Source of the DNA: a virus
Strand: one strand, 5' to 3'
DNA length: 55,983 nt
Virus record (IMG/VR): IMGVR_UViG_3300016478_000096
Span: 1 to 55,983 of that record
This document shows, in pieces, positions 40,626-50,136 of the stretch. Positions within the stretch are counted from its first letter, which is position 1. Each line of letters begins with the position of its first letter. The notes under the pieces are model-generated. The model had not been told where the DNA came from. It worked only from the letters and a program-made list of their open reading frames with translations, and did not search any database. The position numbers and the translations under genes were made by a program.

Positions 40626-41825
40626 TTAGAAGGTCCCGCCAACCACAACGCCAGAAGGAGCGATGCCCAACGCAGCGTAGGCTGTCGGGCCATCTGCCGC
40701 CGTGAACACCGCGTCTCCAACAGCCGTGGCGCCCAGGTTGATGCGCGCAGAACCTGCCGTGGTTGCGCCGGTACCGCCGTCGGATACCTGAATGGGCACG
40801 GCCAGGCCGCCCGTGTCGGCGTTGACCACGTTGGTGCCGTCGCAGTACAGGATGGAGCGCGAGCCCGAGGCGACCAGCACGCCAGAACCGGCAGCGGTTT
40901 TGACCGTAAAGTTGAAGGCACCCGTGGTCTCGTTGTTGACCCAGTACTGCTGCACCGTGGCGGGAACGATGATCGTGCGGTTGCCGGTCAGAACCCCGGT
41001 GAAACCGTAGGCGATGCGGTTGAGCTCGGTGCCGGTCAGGGTGTAGTTGCCGGACCCGGCCACGTTGATCGAGGTGTAGTCGAAAGCGAATGTGGCCGAC
41101 TGGCCAAAGCCGATCGTGTAAAAGTTGGATCCGTCCGAGACGATGATCGCCGACTCGCCAGGCTGAAAGGACAGGGTCGGGCCACCGTCAATCAGGATGG
41201 TGCCGGACGGGTCAGCCACGATGGCGCCAGAGCCGGAGTTGCGCAGGTAGACGAACCAGTTGTTGCCGACCGTGGTGGGCGCTGGAAGCGTAAGCGTGCC
41301 GCCTGCGCCGCCCCACACAAACATCCGGGCGCGGTCTTGCAGGCCTGCGCTGTAGTTGCTGTTGAAGTGCGTGATGGGCACCGACTGCGAAAGCAGTGTG
41401 CCCACGGCCACGATGCCGGTACCAGCCAGGGCCGAGGCGTTGGCTTGCGAGATGGCCGCGCCGTATTGCAGCGTTTCCCATGCACCAGCGGCCGTGCTGT
41501 TGTCGGTCAGGTAGACCTGCCACAGCGTGCCGGGGGCAACGGTCATCACCTGAACGCCAGCGTTGTCCTTGACCGTGAAAGTGAACGTGCCCAGGTTGTT
41601 GAACAGGATGGTCTGCCCCGTGCCTGTGCCGTTGGCGGGCGGCAGCGTGATCGCCAGGCCGTCGGCAGCCTGGGTGACGTCCATGATCTTGGTGGCCAGG
41701 TTCTGGCTGGTCGAGGTCTCGTCGGGCCAGCTCAGCGTAATGTCAGCGGCCAGGGCAACGGCGCTGTAGTCAATCTCGCTGGGGTAGATGTTTGCCCCAC
41801 CGAAAACGTCGGTGTATGTGGTCAT
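40626..41825 (-). CDS. Putative tail fibre / tail spike-like protein (399 aa), C-terminus ...GGTF.
   Basis: Beta-rich. Carries the fibre-type motif SDGGTGATTAGSARINLGA. Shares the terminal GGTF with the 955-aa fibre. Confidence 0.55.
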   Translation of the reverse strand: MTTYTDVFGGANIYPSEIDYSAVALAADITLSWPDETSTSQNLATKIMDVTQAADGLAITLPPANGTGTGQTILFNNLGTFTFTVKDNAGVQVMTVAPGTLWQVYLTDNSTAAGAWETLQYGAAISQANASALAGTGIVAVGTLLSQSVPITHFNSNYSAGLQDRARMFVWGGAGGTLTLPAPTTVGNNWFVYLRNSGSGAIVADPSGTILIDGGPTLSFQPGESAIIVSDGSNFYTIGFGQSATFAFDYTSINVAGSGNYTLTGTELNRIAYGFTGVLTGNRTIIVPATVQQYWVNNETTGAFNFTVKTAAGSGVLVASGSRSILYCDGTNVVNADTGGLAVPIQVSDGGTGATTAGSARINLGATAVGDAVFTAADGPTAYAALGIAPSGVVVGGTF

Positions 41826-42451
41826 GCTTCACTCCGTTGGGCGCTGCGGTCCATGATCTTCTTCAGGTCCTCGCCGTTGAGCGCCTGGGCAGCGCGGTCG
41901 TACATCTGCTGCCAAGTGCCGATGCGCTCGTCCTTCTTCAAGAACGGCGTGGCCTCCAGCAGCGTGGCATACAGCAGCAGGTCGGGGGCGTACTCGGTCA
42001 GCCAGTTGGTCTGGAAGTCCTCGCCCAAAAAGCGCGGCTGCTCGTAGTACATCACCTCAAGCGTGCTGTCTGCGTTGGGCGTGGGCGTGATCAACCAGTG
42101 GTTGTAGTCGTAGTCGGCATAAAACTGCGGCGTAGCCGTCTGGGCCTCGTCGGGCCAGTAGTTGCGGCAGTACTCGTAGGCGCGCGCAAAAATCGGCGCC
42201 CCATTGAGCGTCATGCTCACGGTGTCGCGCCAGCGGTCGGGCTTGCGGTAGGTGGCCACACCGGCCTGCAGCGGGGTGGTGACTGCGCGGATGAAGCCTT
42301 GAATCTTCAGCTCGCGCGAAATGCGGCGCTCGCCCAGGGTGATCAGGCGGGGAAGCTGCTCGTAGACGATCTGGTCGCTCTCGGCGGTAAAACCTCGCTC
42401 AAGATAGCGGCGCACATCTTCCAGCAGGCTGCTGTACGTCATCGTGTACAT
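41822..42451 (-). CDS. Putative head-tail adaptor / connector protein (209 aa).
   Basis: Position between the lysis and tail genes. GGAG SD. Weak family recollection only. Confidence 0.4.
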   Translation of the reverse strand: MYTMTYSSLLEDVRRYLERGFTAESDQIVYEQLPRLITLGERRISRELKIQGFIRAVTTPLQAGVATYRKPDRWRDTVSMTLNGAPIFARAYEYCRNYWPDEAQTATPQFYADYDYNHWLITPTPNADSTLEVMYYEQPRFLGEDFQTNWLTEYAPDLLLYATLLEATPFLKKDERIGTWQQMYDRAAQALNGEDLKKIMDRSAQRSEA

Positions 42452-42536
42452 GGGGACTCCAAATGGTTATGAAGCCGCTGGTCCAGCTGGCGCGTGATGC
42501 CCGAATTATGCCCGGGAACCCACGGGGCGGCAAACG

Positions 42537-42950
42537 TCATCGGGCCACCCCTTTGGACTTCTCAAACGAGCGCATGCCAGCGATGCCCAGGATGCCGGAC
42601 AGGATCACCCAGAGCTGGTCAGACGGCAAAACGGGAGGCGGCGCCAGCTCTTTTGGAATCCAGCCGATACCCTGAAGGTAGGTCCAGGCCCAAAGCGCCA
42701 GCGGGTAAATCAGAAACTGGTAGGCCATGGCGGCCGCGCCAATCCAGCCGATCGCAGGGCGCCAGCCAGCCACGAACACGCTGGAGCTGGCCGCCTCGAC
42801 CTTGTTGACCTCGATCTGCGCCAGGTCTGTTGCCTGGTCGATTTTGCGGCCTTCGAGCTCAAGCTGCATGCGCTCTTTGTCCGTGGTGATCAGGTCGCCA
42901 GCCACTTTGCCGACGGACTCGATCACGCTTCCGATGCCCAGGATGTTCAT
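42537..42950 (-). CDS. Holin, GTA-type three-TM family.
   Basis: N-terminal DLITTDKERMQLE, then FVAGWRPAIGWIGAAAMAYQFLIYPL and further TM segments. Overlaps the endolysin stop (ATGA). Confidence 0.7.
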   Translation of the reverse strand: MNILGIGSVIESVGKVAGDLITTDKERMQLELEGRKIDQATDLAQIEVNKVEAASSSVFVAGWRPAIGWIGAAAMAYQFLIYPLALWAWTYLQGIGWIPKELAPPPVLPSDQLWVILSGILGIAGMRSFEKSKGVAR

Positions 42951-43465
42951 GTGGCGTCCCTCAGTGTGCGGTTAATCCAGCCCAACAAGAATGCCGCCTG
43001 GGTCTTGTCGCGGGTCACAATGTCCCGGTACCGGGCGATTTTGGCCAGGGCGTAAGCCATGACGAACTTCTCGGGGTCGTAGGCGTTCAGGGCCTGCAGC
43101 GTGCGCTGGCCAACAAAGCCGTCCGGCGTGGCACCGACCACCAGCTGCGCGAGCTTGACGGCCACAGTGGGGCGGCCAGGCGCGCTGGAGTTGACAGCAA
43201 AGTTGAAGATGGACGACGCGATCGCCTGGCTCACGATGTTGTCCCCTGAAATCGGGATCCAGTAGTTTGTGTGGTACCAGTTGCGCACCATCGGCGTTGG
43301 AGGCGTCTCGCGCCGGTCGACGAACTCCCAGCCTTCCCAGGTCGGGTTGAAGTTGCGGGCGATTCCGGCGTAGGTCTGCCCGCCACGATCGCCAGGGATG
43401 GTGTGCAGCGTGTAACCGCCCTCGTCCTGGATCATCTGCTCGAAAGCTGGCAGGAAGTCAGCCAT
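42947..43465 (-). CDS. Endolysin: glycoside hydrolase family 108 N-acetylmuramidase with a C-terminal peptidoglycan-binding domain.
   Basis: FEQMIQDEGGYTLHTIPGDRGGQTYAGI fits the GH108 catalytic signature (EGGY...D.GG.T..GI). Confidence 0.8.
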   Translation of the reverse strand: MADFLPAFEQMIQDEGGYTLHTIPGDRGGQTYAGIARNFNPTWEGWEFVDRRETPPTPMVRNWYHTNYWIPISGDNIVSQAIASSIFNFAVNSSAPGRPTVAVKLAQLVVGATPDGFVGQRTLQALNAYDPEKFVMAYALAKIARYRDIVTRDKTQAAFLLGWINRTLRDAT

Positions 43466-43553
43466 AAATCACCTCCATGAAAATGCGGACGGACCAAAGC
43501 ACCACGCCCACCAGAAGCAGGGCGGCGACAAGTGCTTCGGCCCAGTCTCTCAT
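43458..43553 (-). CDS. 31-aa single-TM peptide at the head of the lysis cassette.
   Basis: Hand translation gives MRDWAEALVAALLLVGVVLWSVRIFMEVIYG. ATGA overlap upstream and an 8-nt overlap with the endolysin start. Confidence 0.5.
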   Translation of the reverse strand: MRDWAEALVAALLLVGVVLWSVRIFMEVIYG

Positions 43554-43897
43554 GCTGCCCAGGGCAGTGGCGGCGTCACCACAGGGGGGTTGATCTGGTT
43601 GGCGATCTGCTGCGCGACAGCGGCCTCAGTGGCGGTCTTGTCCACGCCGTTGGCCCAGATCCAGCCCAGCACCTGCGTCTCAGTCAGTTGTGCGTAAGGC
43701 GTGAAGTTGGGGCCAGTGGGTGCAGGCAGCGCGCAAGTGCTGTACACCTGGCCGGTGTATGTCTGGCCGCTGGCGGTCTGAGCGCCTGAGCAGGTCCAGT
43801 GCACAGTGAAGACCACATCGGTTTGACCGTCGGCCTGCGGGTAGCAGTCCAGAGCGGTAATGTCCCAGGTGATGGTGGTGCTGGTTAGGGTGTCCAT
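43550..43897 (-). CDS. Hypothetical protein (115 aa) downstream of the tail fibre.
   Basis: AAGGAA SD. Cys-containing and beta-rich. Confidence 0.65.
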   Translation of the reverse strand: MDTLTSTTITWDITALDCYPQADGQTDVVFTVHWTCSGAQTASGQTYTGQVYSTCALPAPTGPNFTPYAQLTETQVLGWIWANGVDKTATEAAVAQQIANQINPPVVTPPLPWAA

Positions 43898-43906
43898 GGT
43901 GGTTCC

Positions 43907-45538
43907 TTACAGGTTGGCGGCATCCAAACGTGCCTTGAGTTGGGTGATGATGGCTTGCTGTTCTTGGATTGCTTTGACCAGATGCGCAACGATGCCTCCT
44001 GTCATACCACCAGTAAGACCCTTGCGAGCCTCTTGCCCCTCGTTTGCCATGTTTTCAACGACAAACTCAGGGAAAACTTGCTCAACATCCTGAGCAACAA
44101 AACCCGCTTTGCAGTGTTCGCCGTTTGAAATCCAGTCAAACTCAACAGGGTTTAGCGCGACAATTTTTGCAAGTGAGCCATTGATTGGAGTGATATTAGT
44201 TTTTTCACGCGCATCAGACAGGCTAGCGAATTGCACGTTGCTTGCACCGTTACCGACAATACCGCCCATAGGAGTTCCGGCGCTGGCAGCGTAAAACTGC
44301 ATAAATCGCGCCGACGACGATGTAGTCGTCATTGCTTTATACAAGTTCAATGCTGGAGAGGCATCGGCACCAGAAGCTGATGTGTTGTATACATACGCGA
44401 CAGAACCTCCACCACCTGTTTGAGGGCCATGAACAACTAGCTTTTCTCCGACCTGCCCTGTAAATGAACCAGTTGTCCCGATTAAAAAGTCACCGCTGGT
44501 GTTAAATCTGGATTTTTCTACGTCGCCAATTGAGAAAGCAAGCGCCCCGCTGTTTGCGGTGTTAATTGTCAAAACGCCAGCTGATCCAGCGCCAGCATTT
44601 GAAACAAATGTCAACGACTGCTGCACACCATCACTTAAAGCCAAGAGTGCGCCCGCAGAGCCTGCTCTGGAAATAAATGCCCTTGCTTGCCCACCCAAGG
44701 TCCACGAATTATCAAGCGTGGTTCCAACAAGCAGGTTGGCGGTTGATGCAAGACGCATTGCGTTTGCGCCAGCGATGTACCAAGAAATTGGCGATGCGTT
44801 GGGGTTAAAACAATCCACCCCCGATGTAGACGCGCTGGTGCGGTAGACGATGGAGCCGGATTGGACGATGGCTTGCGTGCCACCGTTGGTGTTGCCAACG
44901 GCCAGCATGGCTGTGGAGCCGACTGTGGGGACTGTGGTTGAGCCGACGACTAGGCCGCCGCTGGTGAGGCGGGCTTGTTCGGAATTTGCAGCATAGAAAC
45001 GGACAGTGTTGTCGGTTCCACTCAGCAAAAAGCCAGCATTGACAGCAGATCCGCTGCCGCCATTGGAGTAAACGTAGGTCTGCCCCGCTGTGCCAACAAT
45101 GTTGCCGTTGGTTGTGATTTTTTCAATCGCAGAACCACCGACCGTTAAATTCGTCCCATCAAACGTCAGCGCAGAACCCGTTGTCAGCACCTTGCTGCCA
45201 TTCAAATACGCAACGCCGTTGGCAGTGCCGCCAGAGAGCGTGACAGCGTTGGAAACCGTCAGAGCGTTGGCCGTAAACGTGGTACCGTCAAACGTCAGAT
45301 TCGCTGAACCAGCCAGCGCGCCTGCGTTGTTGTACTGCACCTGGGTGTTGGATCCGCCAATGGTGCCTGCGCCCTTGGTGGCCAGGACTTGCACCACGCC
45401 GCCGTTGTCCTTGTAGAACAGCTTGCCGTCGGTGATGTTGATCGCCAGCTCGCCGTTGGCCAGGTTGCCAGCGGAGGGGGCTTGCGAAGCGGTGGTGCTG
45501 TAATACAGCTGAATGGGGGTAAATCCGACAGCAGACAT
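43907..45538 (-). CDS. Tail fibre with a C-terminal S74-type intramolecular chaperone/autoprotease domain.
   Basis: N-terminus PIQLYYSTTASQAPSAGNLANGELAIN. C-terminus SDAREKTNI...GFVAQDVEQVFPEFV...QLKARLDAANL, typical of peptidase S74. Confidence 0.8.
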   Translation of the reverse strand: MSAVGFTPIQLYYSTTASQAPSAGNLANGELAINITDGKLFYKDNGGVVQVLATKGAGTIGGSNTQVQYNNAGALAGSANLTFDGTTFTANALTVSNAVTLSGGTANGVAYLNGSKVLTTGSALTFDGTNLTVGGSAIEKITTNGNIVGTAGQTYVYSNGGSGSAVNAGFLLSGTDNTVRFYAANSEQARLTSGGLVVGSTTVPTVGSTAMLAVGNTNGGTQAIVQSGSIVYRTSASTSGVDCFNPNASPISWYIAGANAMRLASTANLLVGTTLDNSWTLGGQARAFISRAGSAGALLALSDGVQQSLTFVSNAGAGSAGVLTINTANSGALAFSIGDVEKSRFNTSGDFLIGTTGSFTGQVGEKLVVHGPQTGGGGSVAYVYNTSASGADASPALNLYKAMTTTSSSARFMQFYAASAGTPMGGIVGNGASNVQFASLSDAREKTNITPINGSLAKIVALNPVEFDWISNGEHCKAGFVAQDVEQVFPEFVVENMANEGQEARKGLTGGMTGGIVAHLVKAIQEQQAIITQLKARLDAANL

Positions 45539-45542
45539 ATTC

Positions 45543-45893
45543 TTACCTCAGGTTTTCAAGTTTGAACAAAGCGTCGAGGTAGAACTTGCAGACCTCGTCG
45601 ACGATATTTTCGATGGCCGGGACCTCGCGTGCGAGTTTCTCACGGTTCTCAACCAGCCACAGCATGTTTTCCCGGATCTGCGCGATCGCGTCGCCGTCTG
45701 ATTTGGGCTTGTCACCGAAGGCGGCCACGCTTGCCTCGACCAGGGTGTCGGCCTGCTCAATCACGCCCTCGTAGAACTCGCCCAGCGTGGTGTGCTGATA
45801 GCCCGAGTCGGTGGCCCAGTGCGCACGGTGCGCAACGTCGCGGATGGCGAACTGCCTCTTGATGAATTCTTCCAGCATGTTTTCGGTCGCCAT
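45543..45893 (-). CDS. Hypothetical helical protein (116 aa).
   Basis: Its start overlaps the fibre stop by 1 nt (TGATG-type). Predicted all-helical. Confidence 0.65.
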   Translation of the reverse strand: MATENMLEEFIKRQFAIRDVAHRAHWATDSGYQHTTLGEFYEGVIEQADTLVEASVAAFGDKPKSDGDAIAQIRENMLWLVENREKLAREVPAIENIVDEVCKFYLDALFKLENLR

Positions 45894-48760
45894 CAGAATG
45901 TGCCTCCAGAAATGCCGCCGGTGATTTTCCCGGTGCTTGGGTTGACGGTGAGGCCAGCGTTCACCAGCTCAGGCAGGTTGCCGGTCGTTGCGCTCTTGAA
46001 CACCAGGTAGTTGGTTGCGTTCGTGCTGTCGGCCGTGGTGCCTGTGTTCGTTGCGTTTGTTGCGTTTGTGGCCGACCCCACCGACAGCGAGCTTTGGGCC
46101 ACATACTGCGGGGCCGATGCGCCAGCGGTCAGCACATACCCAGAGGTGCCAAGCGTAAGCTTGGACAGCGTCGTGGAGCCGCTGGCATAGAGCATGTCGC
46201 CCGTGGCGTAGCTGGTCTGGCCGGAGCCGCCCAGGGCCGCCGTGACGGGGGCTGTGAGGCTGAATTGCGTGCCGGTGAGGGTCAGGCCCGTGCCTGCGGT
46301 GTAAGTGCCCGCGCCACTGAATTGTGCCCATGTGACGGCCGTGACGCCCAGCGTGCCGCCTGGGTCGGATGTGCACACCCATCCGGTGTCGCCCAAGGTG
46401 GCGCCGGACTCGACAAACACAAACGCGCTCACCAGCTCGTTCCAAGTGTCGGCGTCGGCGGTGCGCGTCCAGCCAGCGGCCGAGGCGGCATAGATGCCGT
46501 TTTGAGCGGGCAGCGTCTGGTTCTTCACCAGGATGCGATCGCCTGCCGTGAGGGTCCCGGTCCACTCGCCACCGGCCTGCGTGGTCAGGCCCAGCAGTGT
46601 GATGTTTGCCGTCGTTCCCCACAGCACTGCCGCCTTCACGTTCAGTCCCTGGGCCACGCTGTCCACATACTGCTTGGTGGCCAGCTGCAGGGCGCTGGTG
46701 GGGTCTTGCGTCACAGCAACGGACGTCAAGCCGCCCAGCGTGAGCGTGGTGCCGCCCAGCGCCACGGTTGTGGTGCCAAGCGTCAGGGATGAATTTGCCA
46801 GAGACGAGTTCGGAATGGCTGATAGCGACAGTGTGTTGGTGCCGCCCAGTGCCACACTGACCGATCCAGCGATGCCACCGGAATATGTGAATGCAATCGA
46901 GCTATTCACCAGCGATGCATTGCCAATATTCGAGAGCGTGTTCGAGGCCCCACTGATCGTTTTGTTGGTCAGCGTTTGAACGCCAGTCAGCGTGGCAACA
47001 GTGGAATCAATGGCGACAGATGTACCTGTGACATTTTGCGTTACAGCAATACCTGTACCAGCACTTACACGCTGAGTCACTGATGTGCGAATCTGCAAAA
47101 TGCCATTGCCGTTGCTGGAGTTCACAACAGCGGCGACTGTGACGATTGGGCCGCTTGCCGGGTAGACGTTTGTCAGCCCACCGGTGACAGCAGAGTCGTA
47201 ATACAGCACATCACCATCAGCAAAAGCGCTGGTGTTCAGGCCACGCAAAGTGCCAAACCATTGCACCAGACCAAATCCATTGGTGGCCATGGTCTCTGCG
47301 GCAACACCCATGACGTATTGACCATTGGTCACTCCGGTGGCTGGGGCTGCAGTAACAACACCAGACGCGCCAACAGCGCCTGTAAACATGCACAACTGTC
47401 CCTTTGTGATGTCCGATGATGCCTTCACATAGAAATAGATGTCTTCACCGATGCGCTGGATGACGTTCCCACCGTACATACCCAGCCCAAGCGTGTTGTT
47501 CCCATCCCATCCAAGCTGACCTGCCGCCAACGTGGTGGCGTAGGTCATGTCAAACCCAACGTAATCAACCGTGCTGACTGCGCCAGTGATGCCTGTCAGA
47601 GATGTGATGTCGGAATTTGCACCCTTGAGCGCAAACGGAGCTCCTGCGGATGTAGTTGATCCAGTTCCGCCGTTTGCAATCGCAAGCGTGCCCCCCAGCG
47701 TCACAGCGCCCGTGGTTGCCGTGGCAGGAGTCAGGCCCGTGGTGCCTCCGCTGAACGACAGCACGCCGGTGTTGGTGATGGTCACCGCCGCCGAGCCGTC
47801 GTAGCCCGATCCACCCAAGCCGGTACCGATGGTCAACGCATAGGGGTTGGACGCCGTGATGGTGCCCGAGGCACCCAGGGCAACGCTCACGCCGTTGTAG
47901 GTCACCGCCCCGCTGCCTGGCAGGTCGGTGTTCACAATCTGCCGGAACGTCGGGTCGGTGTCCACGCCTGTGATCGGGCCACCGAAGAACCGTTTTGCCG
48001 CCACAGGCGCCAAGATCAGCGTCGAGCCCCAGGTCGGGGCTCCGGTGCCGCCCGAGACTAGCACTTGGCCAGCAACACCGGCCGCGCTGACGTACATGCC
48101 GTCCGAGCCGGACCAGATCACAGCGCCGGGCTGCATCACCAAGGAGCGGGCCGTGCCGCCGCTTTGCAGGCCCAGGATGCCGTCCACCTGGGTGTCATCG
48201 GCCAAGTTAACGGCCGGGTGGCGGTGGTCCGAGCGCGACAGCGTCAGAGCGGTACCGGCTGAGCCCGAGTTCGAGCCAGTCAGCGGAGTGCCGCCGTAAT
48301 TCACGGCAAGCGTCACGTTTGTGTTGAGCGCGCCACCGCCGGTCAGGCCGTTGCCTGCGATCACTTGTCGCGAGACGGGCACATACCCGGAAATCGACAG
48401 AGGAACGGTTGTGGCCGCCGTCACGCGGCCCGTGGCGTCCACGGTGAACTGCGGCACGCTGGTGGCGTCGCCGTACACGCCAGGCGTCACGCCTGTGGCG
48501 GCCAGCTGCGTGGTACCGACGCCACCTGGGGCGATCGACAGCGTCACATTCGAGCTCAGGGCGCCACCGCCTGTAAGCCCCGTGCCAGCAATCACCTGGC
48601 GAGAGGTGGGAACACCGGCCACCTGGAGCAGGTCACCGGCGCGAATCTTGTACGTGATGCCCTGATAGACGCCAACCAGCAGCGTGTCTTCCGACGTCGT
48701 CAACGGGACGGGAAGTTGCGTGATGCTGACCGGGATCAGGTTTGATGGGACTTGTGCCAT
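45893..48760 (-). CDS. Long tail fibre (955 aa), mosaic, C-terminus ...GGTF.
   Basis: Duplicated SRQVIAG[TN]GLTGGGAL..NVTL units (aa 53-77 and 130-154). GGTGSTT fibre motifs. An AT-richer central segment. Confidence 0.75.
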   Translation of the reverse strand: MAQVPSNLIPVSITQLPVPLTTSEDTLLVGVYQGITYKIRAGDLLQVAGVPTSRQVIAGTGLTGGGALSSNVTLSIAPGGVGTTQLAATGVTPGVYGDATSVPQFTVDATGRVTAATTVPLSISGYVPVSRQVIAGNGLTGGGALNTNVTLAVNYGGTPLTGSNSGSAGTALTLSRSDHRHPAVNLADDTQVDGILGLQSGGTARSLVMQPGAVIWSGSDGMYVSAAGVAGQVLVSGGTGAPTWGSTLILAPVAAKRFFGGPITGVDTDPTFRQIVNTDLPGSGAVTYNGVSVALGASGTITASNPYALTIGTGLGGSGYDGSAAVTITNTGVLSFSGGTTGLTPATATTGAVTLGGTLAIANGGTGSTTSAGAPFALKGANSDITSLTGITGAVSTVDYVGFDMTYATTLAAGQLGWDGNNTLGLGMYGGNVIQRIGEDIYFYVKASSDITKGQLCMFTGAVGASGVVTAAPATGVTNGQYVMGVAAETMATNGFGLVQWFGTLRGLNTSAFADGDVLYYDSAVTGGLTNVYPASGPIVTVAAVVNSSNGNGILQIRTSVTQRVSAGTGIAVTQNVTGTSVAIDSTVATLTGVQTLTNKTISGASNTLSNIGNASLVNSSIAFTYSGGIAGSVSVALGGTNTLSLSAIPNSSLANSSLTLGTTTVALGGTTLTLGGLTSVAVTQDPTSALQLATKQYVDSVAQGLNVKAAVLWGTTANITLLGLTTQAGGEWTGTLTAGDRILVKNQTLPAQNGIYAASAAGWTRTADADTWNELVSAFVFVESGATLGDTGWVCTSDPGGTLGVTAVTWAQFSGAGTYTAGTGLTLTGTQFSLTAPVTAALGGSGQTSYATGDMLYASGSTTLSKLTLGTSGYVLTAGASAPQYVAQSSLSVGSATNATNATNTGTTADSTNATNYLVFKSATTGNLPELVNAGLTVNPSTGKITGGISGGTF

Positions 48761-48773
48761 TTCTGCGTTGCTT

Positions 48774-49079
48774 TCAGTCGATCACGAACAGGAACTGCCC
48801 GCTGTCGGTAACGATGAACTGCGTGCCGTCCGGCGTGATCAGGCCCGATGGGTTCGTGTTGATCGGCGTGTCCGGCCGCACAAAAGGCAGCACGACCTGG
48901 TCCTCGGGCTTGGCCGCCAGGCGGTACGGGTCGTAATCGTCCGTGTCCTCATCGCAGACCATGAGCGCCGGGTAGTTGGGATCCGGGTGCAGGTCGGCCA
49001 GACGGAACTTGCGCGAGCAGCGGCCACAAATGCCGATGCCGTAGGTTGGTTCGCCGGTGGGGTCGATGAAGCGTGGCAT
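48774..49079 (-). CDS. Hypothetical tail-module protein (101 aa) with a CxxC motif.
   Basis: ATG at 49079. GICGRCSRKF. Confidence 0.65.
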   Translation of the reverse strand: MPRFIDPTGEPTYGIGICGRCSRKFRLADLHPDPNYPALMVCDEDTDDYDPYRLAAKPEDQVVLPFVRPDTPINTNPSGLITPDGTQFIVTDSGQFLFVID

Positions 49080-49082
49080 GGC

Positions 49083-50075
49083 TTACTTCGTGTAGCACCC
49101 GATGCCGGGATTGATGAACGTGGGCGAGCCATCGTTGTCGCCGTCCCAGGCGGCCTGGCGTGCGGCGTACCACTTCTGCTCCAGCATGGCAACCAAACTT
49201 GGGTCCACGGACGGGGTTTCTGCGCCCACTTTGGCCGACAGACCGGCTGTGATCGCTTCGAGCCAACGCTGGGGCACCTCGACGTCCTGCTGCAGATTCT
49301 GCGTGTCCATGATGTGGCGGTGGCGCCAGACGATCAGCTGCTGGTGCTCGGCCGCCGCATTCGGGCTTGGCCAGAGGTTCATCACCGGCTGGGGCAAGTC
49401 GCGCTGGAACCAGTAGGTCAGCGGGCGGCCCAAGAACACCTTGTTGCTCTGCGCCACGTAGGTGTCGCGGTTCAGGACGCCCATGGGAATTTCCTGCGGC
49501 ATGGTGCCCAGGTAAACCTGCTCCATCAGCATTGGAGCCGTGCTGGTGATGCGGAAAAACGCCTTGGGGCGGGCCGGGATCACATCGGTCCAGGTCCACT
49601 CGCCAGATGTTGCTGTGGTGGTTTGCGTGCCGACCGTGACCCAGACCAAGCCGTCGTTTGAGGTCTCAAACACCAGATCAACAGCGGCGCCGAGCCACTT
49701 CACACCCACCGAGTTCACGGTGCCTGCGCCGCCTTCCTGGTCCGTGAAGTCCACGGTGTAGCTGTTGGGCAGCGCAACCGTGGCGCCGGTCAGCTCTTGC
49801 ATCGTGCGCAGGTTGGCGTTCAGAACTTCGACGGTGCCGTTGGCCAGCGTGATGACCGGCTGGCCTTCGTAGAACGGGTAAATCTGGCGCTCGATGCACC
49901 AGCTGGGGGTCTTGGTGTTGGCCAGCTCGCTGAGCAGCAGGTACAGCGCCTCGAGCGCGTAGCTCTGCATTTCGGCCGTGATGGCCTGGGCAGGCAGGCG
50001 ACAACGCCGGAAGGAGTGATCGACCACCTTCAGGGCGTTGAATGTTGTGCTGCTGATGCTGCCGGAAAAGGCCAT
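49083..50075 (-). CDS. Putative tail tubular / adaptor protein (330 aa).
   Basis: GGAG SD. Position at the head of the tail block. Function unverified. Confidence 0.45.
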   Translation of the reverse strand: MAFSGSISSTTFNALKVVDHSFRRCRLPAQAITAEMQSYALEALYLLLSELANTKTPSWCIERQIYPFYEGQPVITLANGTVEVLNANLRTMQELTGATVALPNSYTVDFTDQEGGAGTVNSVGVKWLGAAVDLVFETSNDGLVWVTVGTQTTTATSGEWTWTDVIPARPKAFFRITSTAPMLMEQVYLGTMPQEIPMGVLNRDTYVAQSNKVFLGRPLTYWFQRDLPQPVMNLWPSPNAAAEHQQLIVWRHRHIMDTQNLQQDVEVPQRWLEAITAGLSAKVGAETPSVDPSLVAMLEQKWYAARQAAWDGDNDGSPTFINPGIGCYTK

Positions 50076-50136
50076 GCTAACTCCGTGTTGGGTCGTCAGA
50101 TGGCCGCCGATTCAGCGCGCCCGATGGGGTTGGGGA

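Noticed and set aside
40605-42047. 480-aa plus-strand ORF, and similar ones at 31766-33175, 36286-37260, 48684-49661 and 54291-55712.
   Set aside because: They show the same shadow-ORF pattern opposite tail, ejection and scaffold genes. There is no independent support.
45893-48760. Diversity-generating retroelement acting on the tail fibre.
   Set aside because: No reverse transcriptase ORF (no YxDD-type motif) occurs anywhere in the genome. I noticed no template/variable repeat pair with adenine-specific differences. The internal fibre repeats are ordinary protein-level duplications.
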